Below are positions 37,052-46,294 of a stretch of DNA of 64,000 nucleotides, piece by piece. Made by a program: the position numbers and the translations under genes. Origin of the DNA: a virus (Duplodnaviria > Caudoviricetes); IMG/VR virus record IMGVR_UViG_2791355224_000001, positions 1 through 64,000 of that record. The stretch is one strand, 5' to 3'. The notes beneath the pieces were generated by a model. It was not told the origin of the DNA. It saw only the letters and a program-made list of their open reading frames with translations, and searched no databases. Every line of letters starts with the position of its first letter. Position 1 is the first letter of the stretch.

Positions 37052-38107
37052 ATCATATCGCAATCAATCGCAGATAAACTCGCGCAGGACTTTACGCAAT
37101 TCTTAAATCAATGGCACTCCGCACCAGAAGTGTACGATGACGCGCTCGATGCGCAGATCCACAAGTGGTATTACGATTACCTAACGGACAAGTCTCGCAA
37201 GGTATGGCCTCCTCGCGGCATTCCGTACTTTTCTCCGTCAGCCGCCAATTCGGATGCTCGCGGGCTCTACGAAAAGATGCGCGGCGCCAAGAAGGAGCAG
37301 ACGGAACGTCCACCGCATCAGGGACGCTGGGTGCGCCTGGGAACGTCAATCGGCGACATGATTCAGCGGGACGTTCTCTTTGCAGAGCAGCATTATGCCC
37401 GGCACATGGGCGAGAATCCTCCATTCAAGTTCGAGCGTAACGGACTCGGCGAGCCGCTGTTTGAGGAGTTTGCGAAGGTATCGAAGATCGCGGAGCACGC
37501 CGGTCAGACGTTTGGACTTTACGGCACGGGTGACGGTATTATGCGTGTTTATGTGCCGGAGTTGGGGCGTGAGATTCGCGTTGGGCTCGAAGTAAAATCG
37601 AAGCAGACTACGTATTCGATGACGTCGGGCTTCTCCGCGCGTAAGGGGCCGAAGGAGGACCACGTGAAGCAGTGTATAACGTACTCGGCGATGTACGGAA
37701 CGCCGTCCGATCCGCTTGATTACTACGTTATCCTCTACGTAAATGGCTCTAAGAAGGCGTGGGAGATGACGCCCGAGGACTTCGAAAAGAGCCCGGATAT
37801 TCTCGCGTTCGGCCTACACATTACGGACGAAATGCGCACGGAAGTCCTCGACCACTTCGCGGGAATTGTTGCGGCAGCCGAAGCGGGCGAGCCTCCGAAA
37901 TTGGACATCGACAAGTGGACGTTCAACAATTTTAAGCAGGCGTGTGCCTTATCGCTATCGCCATCCGAGCTTGCGGAAATCGAACGCCAAGTCGCAGCCC
38001 TACAGCGGTCCAACCTCCCCGATCATAAAAAGCGTGGCCCAGCGCAAGCCCTAGCGGATATACATCGGATTAGAGCGGAACACGGAGCCGTGAAGGAGGC
38101 GGCCTGA
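37052..38107 (+). CDS. Cas4-like / PD-(D/E)XK exonuclease (probable ATC/ATA start)
   Basis: FSPS, G.GDGI, GLEVKSK, H..Q...Y; AGGAGG before ATC 37052/ATA 37055 with the frame closed by TAG at 37040. Confidence 0.75.
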   Translation: MISQSIADKLAQDFTQFLNQWHSAPEVYDDALDAQIHKWYYDYLTDKSRKVWPPRGIPYFSPSAANSDARGLYEKMRGAKKEQTERPPHQGRWVRLGTSIGDMIQRDVLFAEQHYARHMGENPPFKFERNGLGEPLFEEFAKVSKIAEHAGQTFGLYGTGDGIMRVYVPELGREIRVGLEVKSKQTTYSMTSGFSARKGPKEDHVKQCITYSAMYGTPSDPLDYYVILYVNGSKKAWEMTPEDFEKSPDILAFGLHITDEMRTEVLDHFAGIVAAAEAGEPPKLDIDKWTFNNFKQACALSLSPSELAEIERQVAALQRSNLPDHKKRGPAQALADIHRIRAEHGAVKEAA

Positions 38108-38383
38108 TTGACGTACATTATCGAGTCCATTCGCACGCACGGCGGTACTCCGACTGATCGCGAAGCCCGGCGTAAGGGCCAGCGCGTAGAGATTCTGAAC
38201 CTTAACGTAGGCCAGGCGCTCCTTCTCGTGTATCGCGACGATCACAATAAGATCCTGCAGACCTCTCGCGTTGAGAGCATCGCAGGGTACGACGTCCTTA
38301 CGGTTAAGACGGCGAACAGCGTATACACTTTTCGCAAAGGAGGCGTTAGCCCTGGCGGATCAATCGGCCACGAACCGAAGTAA
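38108..38383 (+). CDS. hypothetical protein
   Basis: AAGGAGG + TTG; TSRV...VKTANSVYTF. Confidence 0.65.
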   Translation: MTYIIESIRTHGGTPTDREARRKGQRVEILNLNVGQALLLVYRDDHNKILQTSRVESIAGYDVLTVKTANSVYTFRKGGVSPGGSIGHEPK

Positions 38384-38930
38384 AGAACCGGCGTATCGCA
38401 TACTAGGTTTAGACTTATCGTCTTCGCCCGGAGCTGCGGCGATCGAGGTGCGGAATAGAACTCCGTATCTCATCGCGGCCTCGTCCGTGGCTACAACGAA
38501 AGACGATACGGATGCCGTGCGGAATGTTGCGGTCGAGTCGTTTATCTCGCAATTCATTTACGAAAATAGGCCGTTCGATATCGTGGTTCGCGAGGACTTT
38601 ACCAGCGGGCGGAATAAACGGGCGACGCAGCTCGTATTCGGATCATGGGCGGCTGCTGACCGCGCACTACTGGCGTTCGGCTACCGTGCGGAAGACCTGA
38701 AGCCTGCGCTGAGCCCGACCAGCGTTAAGAAAATCGTAACCGGAAATGGAAAGGCGGAGAAGCCGGAAGTTGCGGCGGCTGTACGTAAGTGGCTTCGGTT
38801 GCCTAATGGTCCAGACGGTAGTCCTTACAAGTTTCGAGCCGGATACGATGATAGCGACGCGTGCGCTGTAGCGCTGGCGTACTTGATTCGTGAGGGTCTA
38901 ATAGATACGGAAGGAGTTGTTGCGGCGTGA
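38352..38930 (+). CDS. RuvC-like Holliday junction resolvase (probable CTG start)
   Basis: RILGLDLS, VVRED, P..VKK.VTGNGKAEK.EV, DDSDACAVA. Confidence 0.85.
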   Translation: MADQSATNRSKEPAYRILGLDLSSSPGAAAIEVRNRTPYLIAASSVATTKDDTDAVRNVAVESFISQFIYENRPFDIVVREDFTSGRNKRATQLVFGSWAAADRALLAFGYRAEDLKPALSPTSVKKIVTGNGKAEKPEVAAAVRKWLRLPNGPDGSPYKFRAGYDDSDACAVALAYLIREGLIDTEGVVAA

Positions 38931-39115
38931 GGAAATATCTTGGTACCGCACATGTATCCGGGTACGGCGAAGACTTTGGGAAACGGGTTCATGAGTACGC
39001 TAATAGAGTTTCCGAGGATGGGCGAGAATTGGAGTTCCACTACGCCCAGTCTATAGAACCGTCAGGCCGAGCGCTGTTCTCAGCGTTGATTATCTTCTAT
39101 GAGGCTGCCGCATGA
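38927..39115 (+). CDS. hypothetical protein
   Basis: AAGGAG RBS + GTG overlapping the upstream stop. Confidence 0.55.
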   Translation: MRKYLGTAHVSGYGEDFGKRVHEYANRVSEDGRELEFHYAQSIEPSGRALFSALIIFYEAAA

Positions 39116-39294
39116 TCGCGCGGGTACGTCCGGACGCAACGGTCGCCGAGCGCCTTCTCATGTTCCAGCGCGAGGAGGTTGCGAACTTGGAACGGGCTGT
39201 CGCGACTTATGGCGCAATGGCGGCGGAGTATGAACGGAGATTGGCGGAAGCCCGGCTTAGATTAGCGGACACAGAGCGGAGAGTAGCGGAGTAA
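39112..39294 (+). CDS. small coiled-coil protein
   Basis: ATG overlapping the upstream TGA. Confidence 0.55.
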   Translation: MIARVRPDATVAERLLMFQREEVANLERAVATYGAMAAEYERRLAEARLRLADTERRVAE

Positions 39295-39317
39295 TTCCGT
39301 TGCCCTCCGTTTTTTTT
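39276..39317 (+). terminator. intrinsic terminator
   Basis: GCGGAG..GCGGA/TCCGT..CTCCGT hairpin followed by a T run. Confidence 0.65.
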
Positions 39318-39326
39318 ATTTTGCGA

Positions 39327-39373
39327 AAAAGTGTGCGGAATCAAAACGAGCCTTCTATTAAGCAACATAAGCG
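39327..39373 (+). promoter_or_regulatory. phage-specific promoter-like motif, copy B
   Basis: AAAAGTGTGCGGAAT...TTCTAT..AGC, aligns without gaps to 20309-20355. Confidence 0.6.
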
Positions 39374-39413
39374 CAAATCACACGCGCTAATCTCAAAACG
39401 GAGGCGATCGTAT

Positions 39414-40286
39414 ATGAAGACGCAATATAACGAAGTTAAACGCAAAGCAGCGGTGGGCGAGCGTATTAAGATTGTCAAGACATTCATGCCGTGTGGAGAG
39501 TACGAAGTAGGTGATATTCTCACGGTTAGCACCGCGCGTTTCCCCGGCAATTGGACGAACGTTGTCTTCGCTGAGGGCGTAGGTGTTGGAATCAGACACA
39601 GCGAATACGTCGTTCTCGAATCTGATCCGCTCTACGATAACTTCCGCCAGTTTGTGCGTGACAATGCGGACGGCCTTCGCAAACTTCTAGCGGAGATAGA
39701 TAAAGTAGAGCTGAGAGTGAGCGCAGTACCGGTGTCCAAGCCGTTAACTCGTGCGGAAGTCATCGAGAAGGCGCGTAAGGACGTGGCGGAGTTGATTCGG
39801 ATTGGTGGCGATATATGGACAGACCTGCCGAAGGGAACTCCGTTCCATAATCGCACGTACTACGCTGAGTTCCACGTTAACCGCGAAAAGCGTGCGGTCA
39901 CAGCGCTTATTTACCACGGACGGAATAAACGAAATATGCCCGACGCGAAAGGCATCGCCAAGTGTGCGCCTGGTGACGTATTCCACGCTGAGATCGGCAA
40001 GGCAATTGCGCTTAGAAAGGCGTTGGGGCTGCCGATTCCGACCGAGTATACTGACGCGCCGCAGCCGGATGAGCCGCGAGTGGGTGCGGTTGTTCGCAGA
40101 ACTACCGGGCGGTGTATAGGAGAAAACCGGGTGCTTAAACGAAGAGTTCCGGAAAATGACGGCGGTGAGTACGGAAATCACGCATTTGTAACGGACTTTG
40201 GCGGTTGGCTTGCGGACAAACAATACGAAGTCATTGACGACACTGACGTTGACTATGGCGCCGTGTCCGCGAAGGAGACTGCGTAG
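39414..40286 (+). CDS. modular phage protein, paralogue of 43682-45064
   Basis: YNEVKRKAAVGERIK and GIAKCAPGDVFHAEIGKAIALRKALGL. Confidence 0.75.
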   Translation: MKTQYNEVKRKAAVGERIKIVKTFMPCGEYEVGDILTVSTARFPGNWTNVVFAEGVGVGIRHSEYVVLESDPLYDNFRQFVRDNADGLRKLLAEIDKVELRVSAVPVSKPLTRAEVIEKARKDVAELIRIGGDIWTDLPKGTPFHNRTYYAEFHVNREKRAVTALIYHGRNKRNMPDAKGIAKCAPGDVFHAEIGKAIALRKALGLPIPTEYTDAPQPDEPRVGAVVRRTTGRCIGENRVLKRRVPENDGGEYGNHAFVTDFGGWLADKQYEVIDDTDVDYGAVSAKETA

Positions 40287-40445
40287 ATGAAGATACTTAA
40301 CGCACTAATTGCGGCATATTGGTCGGTTCTGTTTTTCGCGTACATCTTCGGTATCTACGACCCGGACGGTATTATCGTTGGATTCGCACTATTTTTCTGC
40401 GCTGTAGTATTCGCTGACATCGCGTTTGAGGAGGCGCGGGAATGA
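40287..40445 (+). CDS. small membrane protein (52 aa, not in ORF track)
   Basis: AAGGAG RBS; MKILNALIAAYWSVLFFAYIFG... Confidence 0.5.
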   Translation: MKILNALIAAYWSVLFFAYIFGIYDPDGIIVGFALFFCAVVFADIAFEEARE

Positions 40446-41164
40446 GCCCCGTTAAAATCGTAGACAAAACGCAGGCTCAACTCATTGCGGACCGACGCGC
40501 TGACCGGGCGGAGATGCTTGCGGCCGTTGCGGATAGAACGGAGAATGCGCGCAGGCAACTCGGTCTATTAACGGAATTATTCGAAGGAGGACGTAGAATG
40601 AACGTACAAATCAAGCGCCTACATCCGGATGCGGTCGTACCGCGATACGCTAAGCCCGGCGATTCAGGATTTGACCTCGTAGCGGTAGAAGAGGTGGTTA
40701 TCGCGCCCGGAGAGACGAAGGCCGTTCCGACGGGTCTTGCGTTCCAGATCCCCGATGGTTACGAGCTGCAGATACGGCCACGGTCCGGAGTAACGAAGAA
40801 TACGAAGCTGCGCGTTCAACTCGGAACCGTTGACTCTGGATATCGCGGTGAGGTTGCGGTGATCGTCGATAACATTGCGCATCCAGAATACGAAATCGAC
40901 CACTTTGAGAATGAGCCGTACGAATTGTGGACCGTTAGGCACAACGCACTTCATACGATTGATGGAACCGGATGCTCCCCGCAAGGGAATGTATTAACGG
41001 AGGACACTGTGCCAGTAGGAACGTACATCATCCGCAAAGGCGGCCGCATAGCCCAAGCGGTAATCGCACCGGTCGAGCGCGCCACGTTCCTAGTAGTCGC
41101 GGAGTTATCGGAGTCGGAGCGGGGCGCTGGCGGCTTCGGACATACGGGGGTGAGCGCTGAATGA
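40442..41164 (+). CDS. dut: trimeric dUTPase (second start with its own RBS at ATG 40598)
   Basis: SGFDL, QIRPRSG, GTVDSGYRGE, RIAQ, ERGAGGFGHTG. Confidence 0.93.
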   Translation: MSPVKIVDKTQAQLIADRRADRAEMLAAVADRTENARRQLGLLTELFEGGRRMNVQIKRLHPDAVVPRYAKPGDSGFDLVAVEEVVIAPGETKAVPTGLAFQIPDGYELQIRPRSGVTKNTKLRVQLGTVDSGYRGEVAVIVDNIAHPEYEIDHFENEPYELWTVRHNALHTIDGTGCSPQGNVLTEDTVPVGTYIIRKGGRIAQAVIAPVERATFLVVAELSESERGAGGFGHTGVSAE

Positions 41165-41370
41165 CCGTAATTATTGTAGCAATTGCGTACTATGCGGTGC
41201 TTGTTCTCGGATTAATCGGACTCATCGCTCTAACCGGCGCGGCCGCCTACGGACTAACTCGTCTTTACGCTTACGTAATCGAGTGCGTACTGGCTGCGAA
41301 GAAATTGACGGAGTTGTTTCGCGCTTTCATGAGGGAGCGCAGGGCTCCGGAAAGGAGAGTGCGTAAATGA
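41161..41370 (+). CDS. small membrane protein
   Basis: N-terminal hydrophobic helix; overlapping start. Confidence 0.55.
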   Translation: MTVIIVAIAYYAVLVLGLIGLIALTGAAAYGLTRLYAYVIECVLAAKKLTELFRAFMRERRAPERRVRK

Positions 41371-41487
41371 CGCAATGGGCGCATGAACATCCGTTTCTAA
41401 CGTTTTTCATTGTCGTAATTGGCGTCGGATCAATATGCGAAGCAGTCGCTGCGTTCGCTAAACGAAATTAGAAAGAGGGCGAAAAAC

Positions 41488-41736
41488 TTGACCGATGCGA
41501 TCTACGTAATTCTGATCGATGAGCGGCCGTATCGGAAAGACGGCGCAATCCGGACGTATAAAACACGAGAACGCGCTGAGAAAGAGGCGCGGAAAGTCGC
41601 CCGCTACTGGTCCTATCGGGATTGTACGTTTTCGGTAGCAAGATTTGCGGTAGTTGAGCGGGAGAAAATAGCGGTTGAGCCCTACAAAGACCGCGCGGTC
41701 CCCGCACCGTATTCAATTTCGAAGGAGGACGCCTAA
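41488..41736 (+). CDS. hypothetical protein
   Basis: GAGGG RBS + TTG; related in pattern to 45061-45282 (YV..YE..PY...YK/YT..A). Confidence 0.55.
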   Translation: MTDAIYVILIDERPYRKDGAIRTYKTRERAEKEARKVARYWSYRDCTFSVARFAVVEREKIAVEPYKDRAVPAPYSISKEDA

Positions 41737-41963
41737 TGAGCGCTGAAATCATTTCGTTTCCTAACAAGGTCGCCGATGTACTCGAAGAAGCCGCAGTCAT
41801 GGCGCGACGTGGAGAAATCACTGGCGTAGTGATTGGCGCTATGTTAGCGGGTGGCGACACGTTAACTGCTCACAGTGGCGTTAACTTCCGTGAGCGAGGC
41901 GTGCTTATAACGGATCTGAACGATAAGCGGACGCTCGATTTTATTGACGTAAATTTCGAATAA
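41736..41963 (+). CDS. hypothetical protein
   Basis: AGGAGG RBS; DVLEEA...ARRGEITGV. Confidence 0.6.
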   Translation: MSAEIISFPNKVADVLEEAAVMARRGEITGVVIGAMLAGGDTLTAHSGVNFRERGVLITDLNDKRTLDFIDVNFE

Positions 41964-41975
41964 GGAGGCGTTATC

Positions 41976-42836
41976 TTGGCGCAATTAAGCGGAGTAAAGA
42001 CGATAAGCAGTACGGAGATTGAGTACGGAGGTAAGCGGTACGTAAAGACGGAAGGGTTTGGCGAGCCCGGAGATATTGTACGGAGTGATTGGGATTATTC
42101 GTATCTACCGCAGGGGACGTTTTACCTCGTCGGCGCGGAAGGTAGTTTCGCTGACTTGGACGGTGACGTGTACGAAGTAGACACGGAGATGGACGATGAA
42201 ATCACATTATTCCGCAAAGTCACCGGAAAAGACGGAAGAAAAGCGGAAGTTATTAATCGAGGAAGAGTCTATACAACGTATAAACGGTTTGCGGAGAAGC
42301 ACGGATATCCGGACGCTGCGGTAAATAGCGATAGCACAGATAGCCGCAAGGCTATGAAAAACGGGGATATTGTCACGCTTCTGACGAGAGGAACCCATGA
42401 AAATCCTAGCTGGGGAACGCTATGGATCGTAGAGACTGCGGAAGGCGAGCGTTTTATCATCAACGAAGGAGGATTACGTATTCTTCCTTCTACTTCGGAA
42501 ATCATCGCTCAAAAACGTACCGAACTCGCGGCTCTAACCGCTGAGATCACGGCCCTCGAAACGCAACTTGCCGAGGAACAAGCGCTCAAAGTTGGCGACT
42601 GGGCGCGCGTTGTCAGCCGCACGTATAACGAAGAGTTCCATCACGGTGATATTGTTCGCGTAATTACTGTGGATAGCTCGGACATCCCTTATCAGGTCGA
42701 GTCAGCCGGAGGAATGACGGATTGGGCTTGTAGCACCTCGCTCGAAAAGATCACGCCAGCCGATGCACGCGCAGCCCTTATCGCCAGCATAGACGAGTTG
42801 TTCGGCGGGGAGGAGGCGGTTGCATCAGCGGCTTAA
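41976..42836 (+). CDS. SH3/KOW-like repeat protein, paralogue of 32351-33592
   Basis: shared FYLV...D.DGD and LKVGD.A.VV...GDIV.VI..DSS..PY.V modules. Confidence 0.72.
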   Translation: MAQLSGVKTISSTEIEYGGKRYVKTEGFGEPGDIVRSDWDYSYLPQGTFYLVGAEGSFADLDGDVYEVDTEMDDEITLFRKVTGKDGRKAEVINRGRVYTTYKRFAEKHGYPDAAVNSDSTDSRKAMKNGDIVTLLTRGTHENPSWGTLWIVETAEGERFIINEGGLRILPSTSEIIAQKRTELAALTAEITALETQLAEEQALKVGDWARVVSRTYNEEFHHGDIVRVITVDSSDIPYQVESAGGMTDWACSTSLEKITPADARAALIASIDELFGGEEAVASAA

Positions 42837-43288
42837 TACACGTAGTAGTATCGCTTATTATCGCACTGTCCGGGATTAACGGAATTCCGCCTAATATGAA
42901 CGTTAAGCCTGCGCAAGTATCTTCGGAGTCAACAGGCAAGGCTCCGAAGGCACAAACGCAGGTATCCGCTAAGTCTTCGCCAAAAGACGTGAAAAAGCGG
43001 ACAGCAAAAATATACGCGGTTACAGCGTACTCTGTCGGCGATGACTACACGCCAAGTACCGGCATTACCGCGTCGGGTAAACCGGTCGAAGAAGGCGTGA
43101 CGGCCGCGTGTCCGAAGGAACTGCCGTTCGGGACTAAACTGCGGATTGAGGGCGTCGGCGATCGAGTATGTACGGACGGGGGAGGACGAATTAAAGGGCG
43201 TAAGATTGACGTTTACATTCCGAAAGTTAAGGACGCCCTGATTTTCGGTAAGAAGAAGTTACGCGTGGAGATACGCGCCGGGGAGTAG
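42824..43288 (+). CDS. 3D-domain (lytic transglycosylase-like) protein with N-terminal anchor (probable ATC start)
   Basis: VTAYS, GITASG, P.ELPFGT, D.GGRIKG.KIDVY; the ATC extension supplies a hydrophobic signal GLIHVVVSLIIALSG. Confidence 0.82.
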   Translation: MSGLIHVVVSLIIALSGINGIPPNMNVKPAQVSSESTGKAPKAQTQVSAKSSPKDVKKRTAKIYAVTAYSVGDDYTPSTGITASGKPVEEGVTAACPKELPFGTKLRIEGVGDRVCTDGGGRIKGRKIDVYIPKVKDALIFGKKKLRVEIRAGE

Positions 43289-43631
43289 GAGCACTTGACT
43301 TGCGTTTTTCTTCTATTAACAAATCTACGACTCCACGTTCATGAATAACTCTCCTGGTAGCAGTTGATGCGATTAGGGCGCCAACTCCTATTACGAGAAG
43401 TAGAACCATCAGCCCGGTAACCTTTATCTCTGGCGGAATAATGGCATTAGTGATGATGGCAATCGACACAGTAAACATGATTCCAGTAAGCGCGAATTGC
43501 TTATTGTTCTCCTCAGCAGCGAGCAGATTTAGTCTTAATAGTTCTAGCTCTTCAAGGGTGTAAGAAGAGAAGTTATCTTTTAACTTCTTTAATTTCCTCA
43601 GTGTCTTTCTGTCCAAAAACAAAACTACCAA
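43227..43631 (-). CDS. AT-rich two-TM membrane protein (moron)
   Basis: opposite strand, two hydrophobic helices. Confidence 0.6.
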   Translation of the reverse strand: MVVLFLDRKTLRKLKKLKDNFSSYTLEELELLRLNLLAAEENNKQFALTGIMFTVSIAIITNAIIPPEIKVTGLMVLLLVIGVGALIASTATRRVIHERGVVDLLIEEKRKSSAPTPRRVSPRVTSSYRKSGRP

Positions 43632-43681
43632 CCACCAATCTTCTTTTCTAACTATATCGGAAAATATTAGGAGGAATTTGA

Positions 43682-45064
43682 ATGACTTTAAATTTTACTG
43701 TATTAACCGACGAACTCGGCCTGCAGCGTGAATATCGCGAGGTTAAGCGTAAGGCGGCCGAGGGGGAACGGATTAAGAATCTTCGCGCTAGAACCGACTA
43801 CCCCAGAGGCACTATAGCGGAAGTCCTCCGACTGGACATCTCCGGGGATGCGGTGACTAAAGATTTAGTAGGGGCTACGCGCTACTCCGATGACGAGTCG
43901 TACGTAGTCCTCGAACCGACCGACATTATCCGTATCGGCGACGTCAGATACCGCTTGGTCAATCGGCCGGCTGCGGTGGGCGAGCGTGTTGTTATCACGA
44001 AGGTAGACGCTGATTATTGGGCGTTCTCGCTCGGCAATGTCGGGATAATGAAAGATGGCGGTTGGATCGATTTTAACGGACAGGGGAACGTCGGATATGA
44101 CGCTGAAGACGGCGTATGGAGAACCGGAATAGTGAACGGAAACTCACAGTACAAAGTACTCGAACCGGTAGATTCCGCTTCGACAACGCTGCTCTCCACG
44201 AAGCCAGCAACGGAACAAGTCGCGGAGAACATTGCGTCATTGGCCGCCCGCTTTCAGACGCTTGAGGAAACGGTCCGCAATCAAGCGGATAAACTCCGTG
44301 TCGCACGCCTGGACATCGCCCTCATTAACGAAGGCTTTGCGGACGAGCTGGCGGCATTGAAAGAGCGTATCGAAGCGCTTGAGCTCGCAAGTAAGCCGAA
44401 ACATGTCGGCATCGGCGGTCTAACCGGATCAATCGAAGCTCTAGCGAAAGATCTATGTAAATTCGGTAACACGGAAAAGACCCCGCAGCAGCTCCGTGAC
44501 GAGATCGTTGAGCATGCGAAGACTGACGTTAAGGCGCTGTTATCCGGAAAGCTGTATAACGTACCTATTTGCCACAGTCCCGGTTCCAAGGCAATTTACG
44601 ATCCGGACGGATACGACTCGGTTGAGTTCGTTATTAATCGAGATAAAAGGACTGTAGTTGCGCTAATTAGTTCGTCATTCCTGGGAAAGACGATTTGGGC
44701 GAGAGGAATCGCTAAAAGCGCACCAAACAACGTATTCAACGCACATATCGGTATGGCAATCGCGCTGCGCCGTGTGCTGGGACTCCAAGTGCCTGCGGAA
44801 TATCTGAGCGTGCCGAATCCGACGGAGGTTCGCGTGGGGGATATCGTAGCATTCGATAACCGAGGCGGTGAGCGCTTGGTAATGCCGGTGACTGAGGTAG
44901 AGGGAAAGAAACTCCGCGGCACCGTCAGCGGTATTTCCGGATTTGTTTACCTTGACGCTGCCGAACGGCATGGGGCGCCTTGTACGAATCCGAAAGTGAT
45001 CGACGACTCACGCATGAGCGAAGTTGAGGACAGCGCCGGATCACGGAAGGAGGTGGCTGCTTGA
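43682..45064 (+). CDS. modular phage protein, paralogue of 39414-40286
   Basis: YREVKRKAAEGERIK, YRLVNRPAAVGERV, GIAKSAPNNVFNAHIGMAIALRRVLGL. Confidence 0.75.
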   Translation: MTLNFTVLTDELGLQREYREVKRKAAEGERIKNLRARTDYPRGTIAEVLRLDISGDAVTKDLVGATRYSDDESYVVLEPTDIIRIGDVRYRLVNRPAAVGERVVITKVDADYWAFSLGNVGIMKDGGWIDFNGQGNVGYDAEDGVWRTGIVNGNSQYKVLEPVDSASTTLLSTKPATEQVAENIASLAARFQTLEETVRNQADKLRVARLDIALINEGFADELAALKERIEALELASKPKHVGIGGLTGSIEALAKDLCKFGNTEKTPQQLRDEIVEHAKTDVKALLSGKLYNVPICHSPGSKAIYDPDGYDSVEFVINRDKRTVVALISSSFLGKTIWARGIAKSAPNNVFNAHIGMAIALRRVLGLQVPAEYLSVPNPTEVRVGDIVAFDNRGGERLVMPVTEVEGKKLRGTVSGISGFVYLDAAERHGAPCTNPKVIDDSRMSEVEDSAGSRKEVAA

Positions 45065-45282
45065 TGGCTCAAGCACACGCAGTGTACGTTCTCTACTACG
45101 AAGGCGCACCATACGAATACACCAAGCGTGCAGCCTACTACACAGAAGGAATGGCGAATGCGGCCGTAACGCGTGCCGTCGATGACTTCGCTGGTTGGCG
45201 TGCTAGTGACGAGAGAAAGGCGGAGTTTCGCGTTAAGTTTTCGGTCGAGAAATATGTCAAATCGGAGGTGGCCGCGGAATGA
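45061..45282 (+). CDS. hypothetical protein
   Basis: AGGAGG RBS, coupled to the upstream gene. Confidence 0.6.
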   Translation: MMAQAHAVYVLYYEGAPYEYTKRAAYYTEGMANAAVTRAVDDFAGWRASDERKAEFRVKFSVEKYVKSEVAAE

Positions 45283-45623
45283 CGATAGTATTTACATGGA
45301 TCGGCTTCACCTGCGCGACGCTCGTTGTCCTCGCGCTGACTTACACAGCGGTCGTGTACCTCGCATACTTCGCAGTGATTAAGACAAACGTTCTTTCCAA
45401 GGTGCTCCGCGTCTTCTGGCGTTTTTACAGGACGCTGCCTGATTCGAAGTTTGGCCGCAACGTGCGCTATTGGGCGTTGATTTACGATACGGATACGAAT
45501 ACTTTTGCGCACGCCAAGGCGCTAAACCGTGAATTTCAAACGGAGGCTGAGTTCGAGGCAATGCGTGAAAAGTGGCGGCAACAGAATACGCGAAAGAGAG
45601 GCGATAAAGTTGACGCTGCCTAA
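45279..45623 (+). CDS. membrane-anchored hypothetical protein
   Basis: N-terminal TM segment; GGAGG RBS. Confidence 0.6.
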   Translation: MTIVFTWIGFTCATLVVLALTYTAVVYLAYFAVIKTNVLSKVLRVFWRFYRTLPDSKFGRNVRYWALIYDTDTNTFAHAKALNREFQTEAEFEAMREKWRQQNTRKRGDKVDAA

Positions 45624-46173
45624 CATTGGTCTCATTGGTCGTCTCCGAGCAGGGAAGGACGTTGTTGCTGCTTATCTCGCGGACAAGTGCGGATACACGC
45701 GCTTTGCTTTCGGCGACCCGTTAAAAGACGATTTCCACCGCCGATATCCCGAGATTCCGCGCGAACCGAAACCTCGCGCTGGCTACCAATTTCACGGACA
45801 GTTCATGCGTGAGCACGTTTCGGAGGATATATGGATCACGAGCTGCCTTGCGGAAGTAAAGCGCCAGTATTACGGTAGCTTTGATTTTCGCGCCGTCATC
45901 TCTGACGTTCGCCAGCCAAACGAGTACGGGCGCCTAAACGCTGAGGGTTACGTCCTTATCCGCGTAGAGTGTCCGGACGCAATTCGCATCGATCGCGCTA
46001 TTAAGTCCGGCGACAGCTTCGCTTATGCGGACCTCATGCACGGAACGGAAACGGCGCTAGATGGATACGCTACGGACTTTACCGTTGTGAATGACGCAGG
46101 CCTGCCGGAGCTGTACGCGCAGATTGACGAGATAATGCGTTATCTATCGCTAGGAAGGCGTGAGGCCGTTTGA
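45610..46173 (+). CDS. deoxynucleoside monophosphate kinase-like P-loop protein
   Basis: IGLIGRLRAGKD, FAFGDPLK, VISDVRQPNE, H.TE..LD. Confidence 0.82.
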   Translation: MTLPNIGLIGRLRAGKDVVAAYLADKCGYTRFAFGDPLKDDFHRRYPEIPREPKPRAGYQFHGQFMREHVSEDIWITSCLAEVKRQYYGSFDFRAVISDVRQPNEYGRLNAEGYVLIRVECPDAIRIDRAIKSGDSFAYADLMHGTETALDGYATDFTVVNDAGLPELYAQIDEIMRYLSLGRREAV

Positions 46174-46294
46174 TCCACACATCCGCAGAACTAAACGCAC
46201 GTGTTGCGGAGGCGTACGACCGGGGCTTTGCGATGGGCAAGCGGTTGGGCTATTGGGCCGGGTATGCGGACGCAGTGAAGGGAGGCGCTGACTT

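Noticed and set aside
37052-38107. Cas4 as evidence of a CRISPR-Cas system
   Set aside because: Stand-alone PD-(D/E)XK exonucleases are routine in phage replication modules; there is no cas1/cas2 or array.
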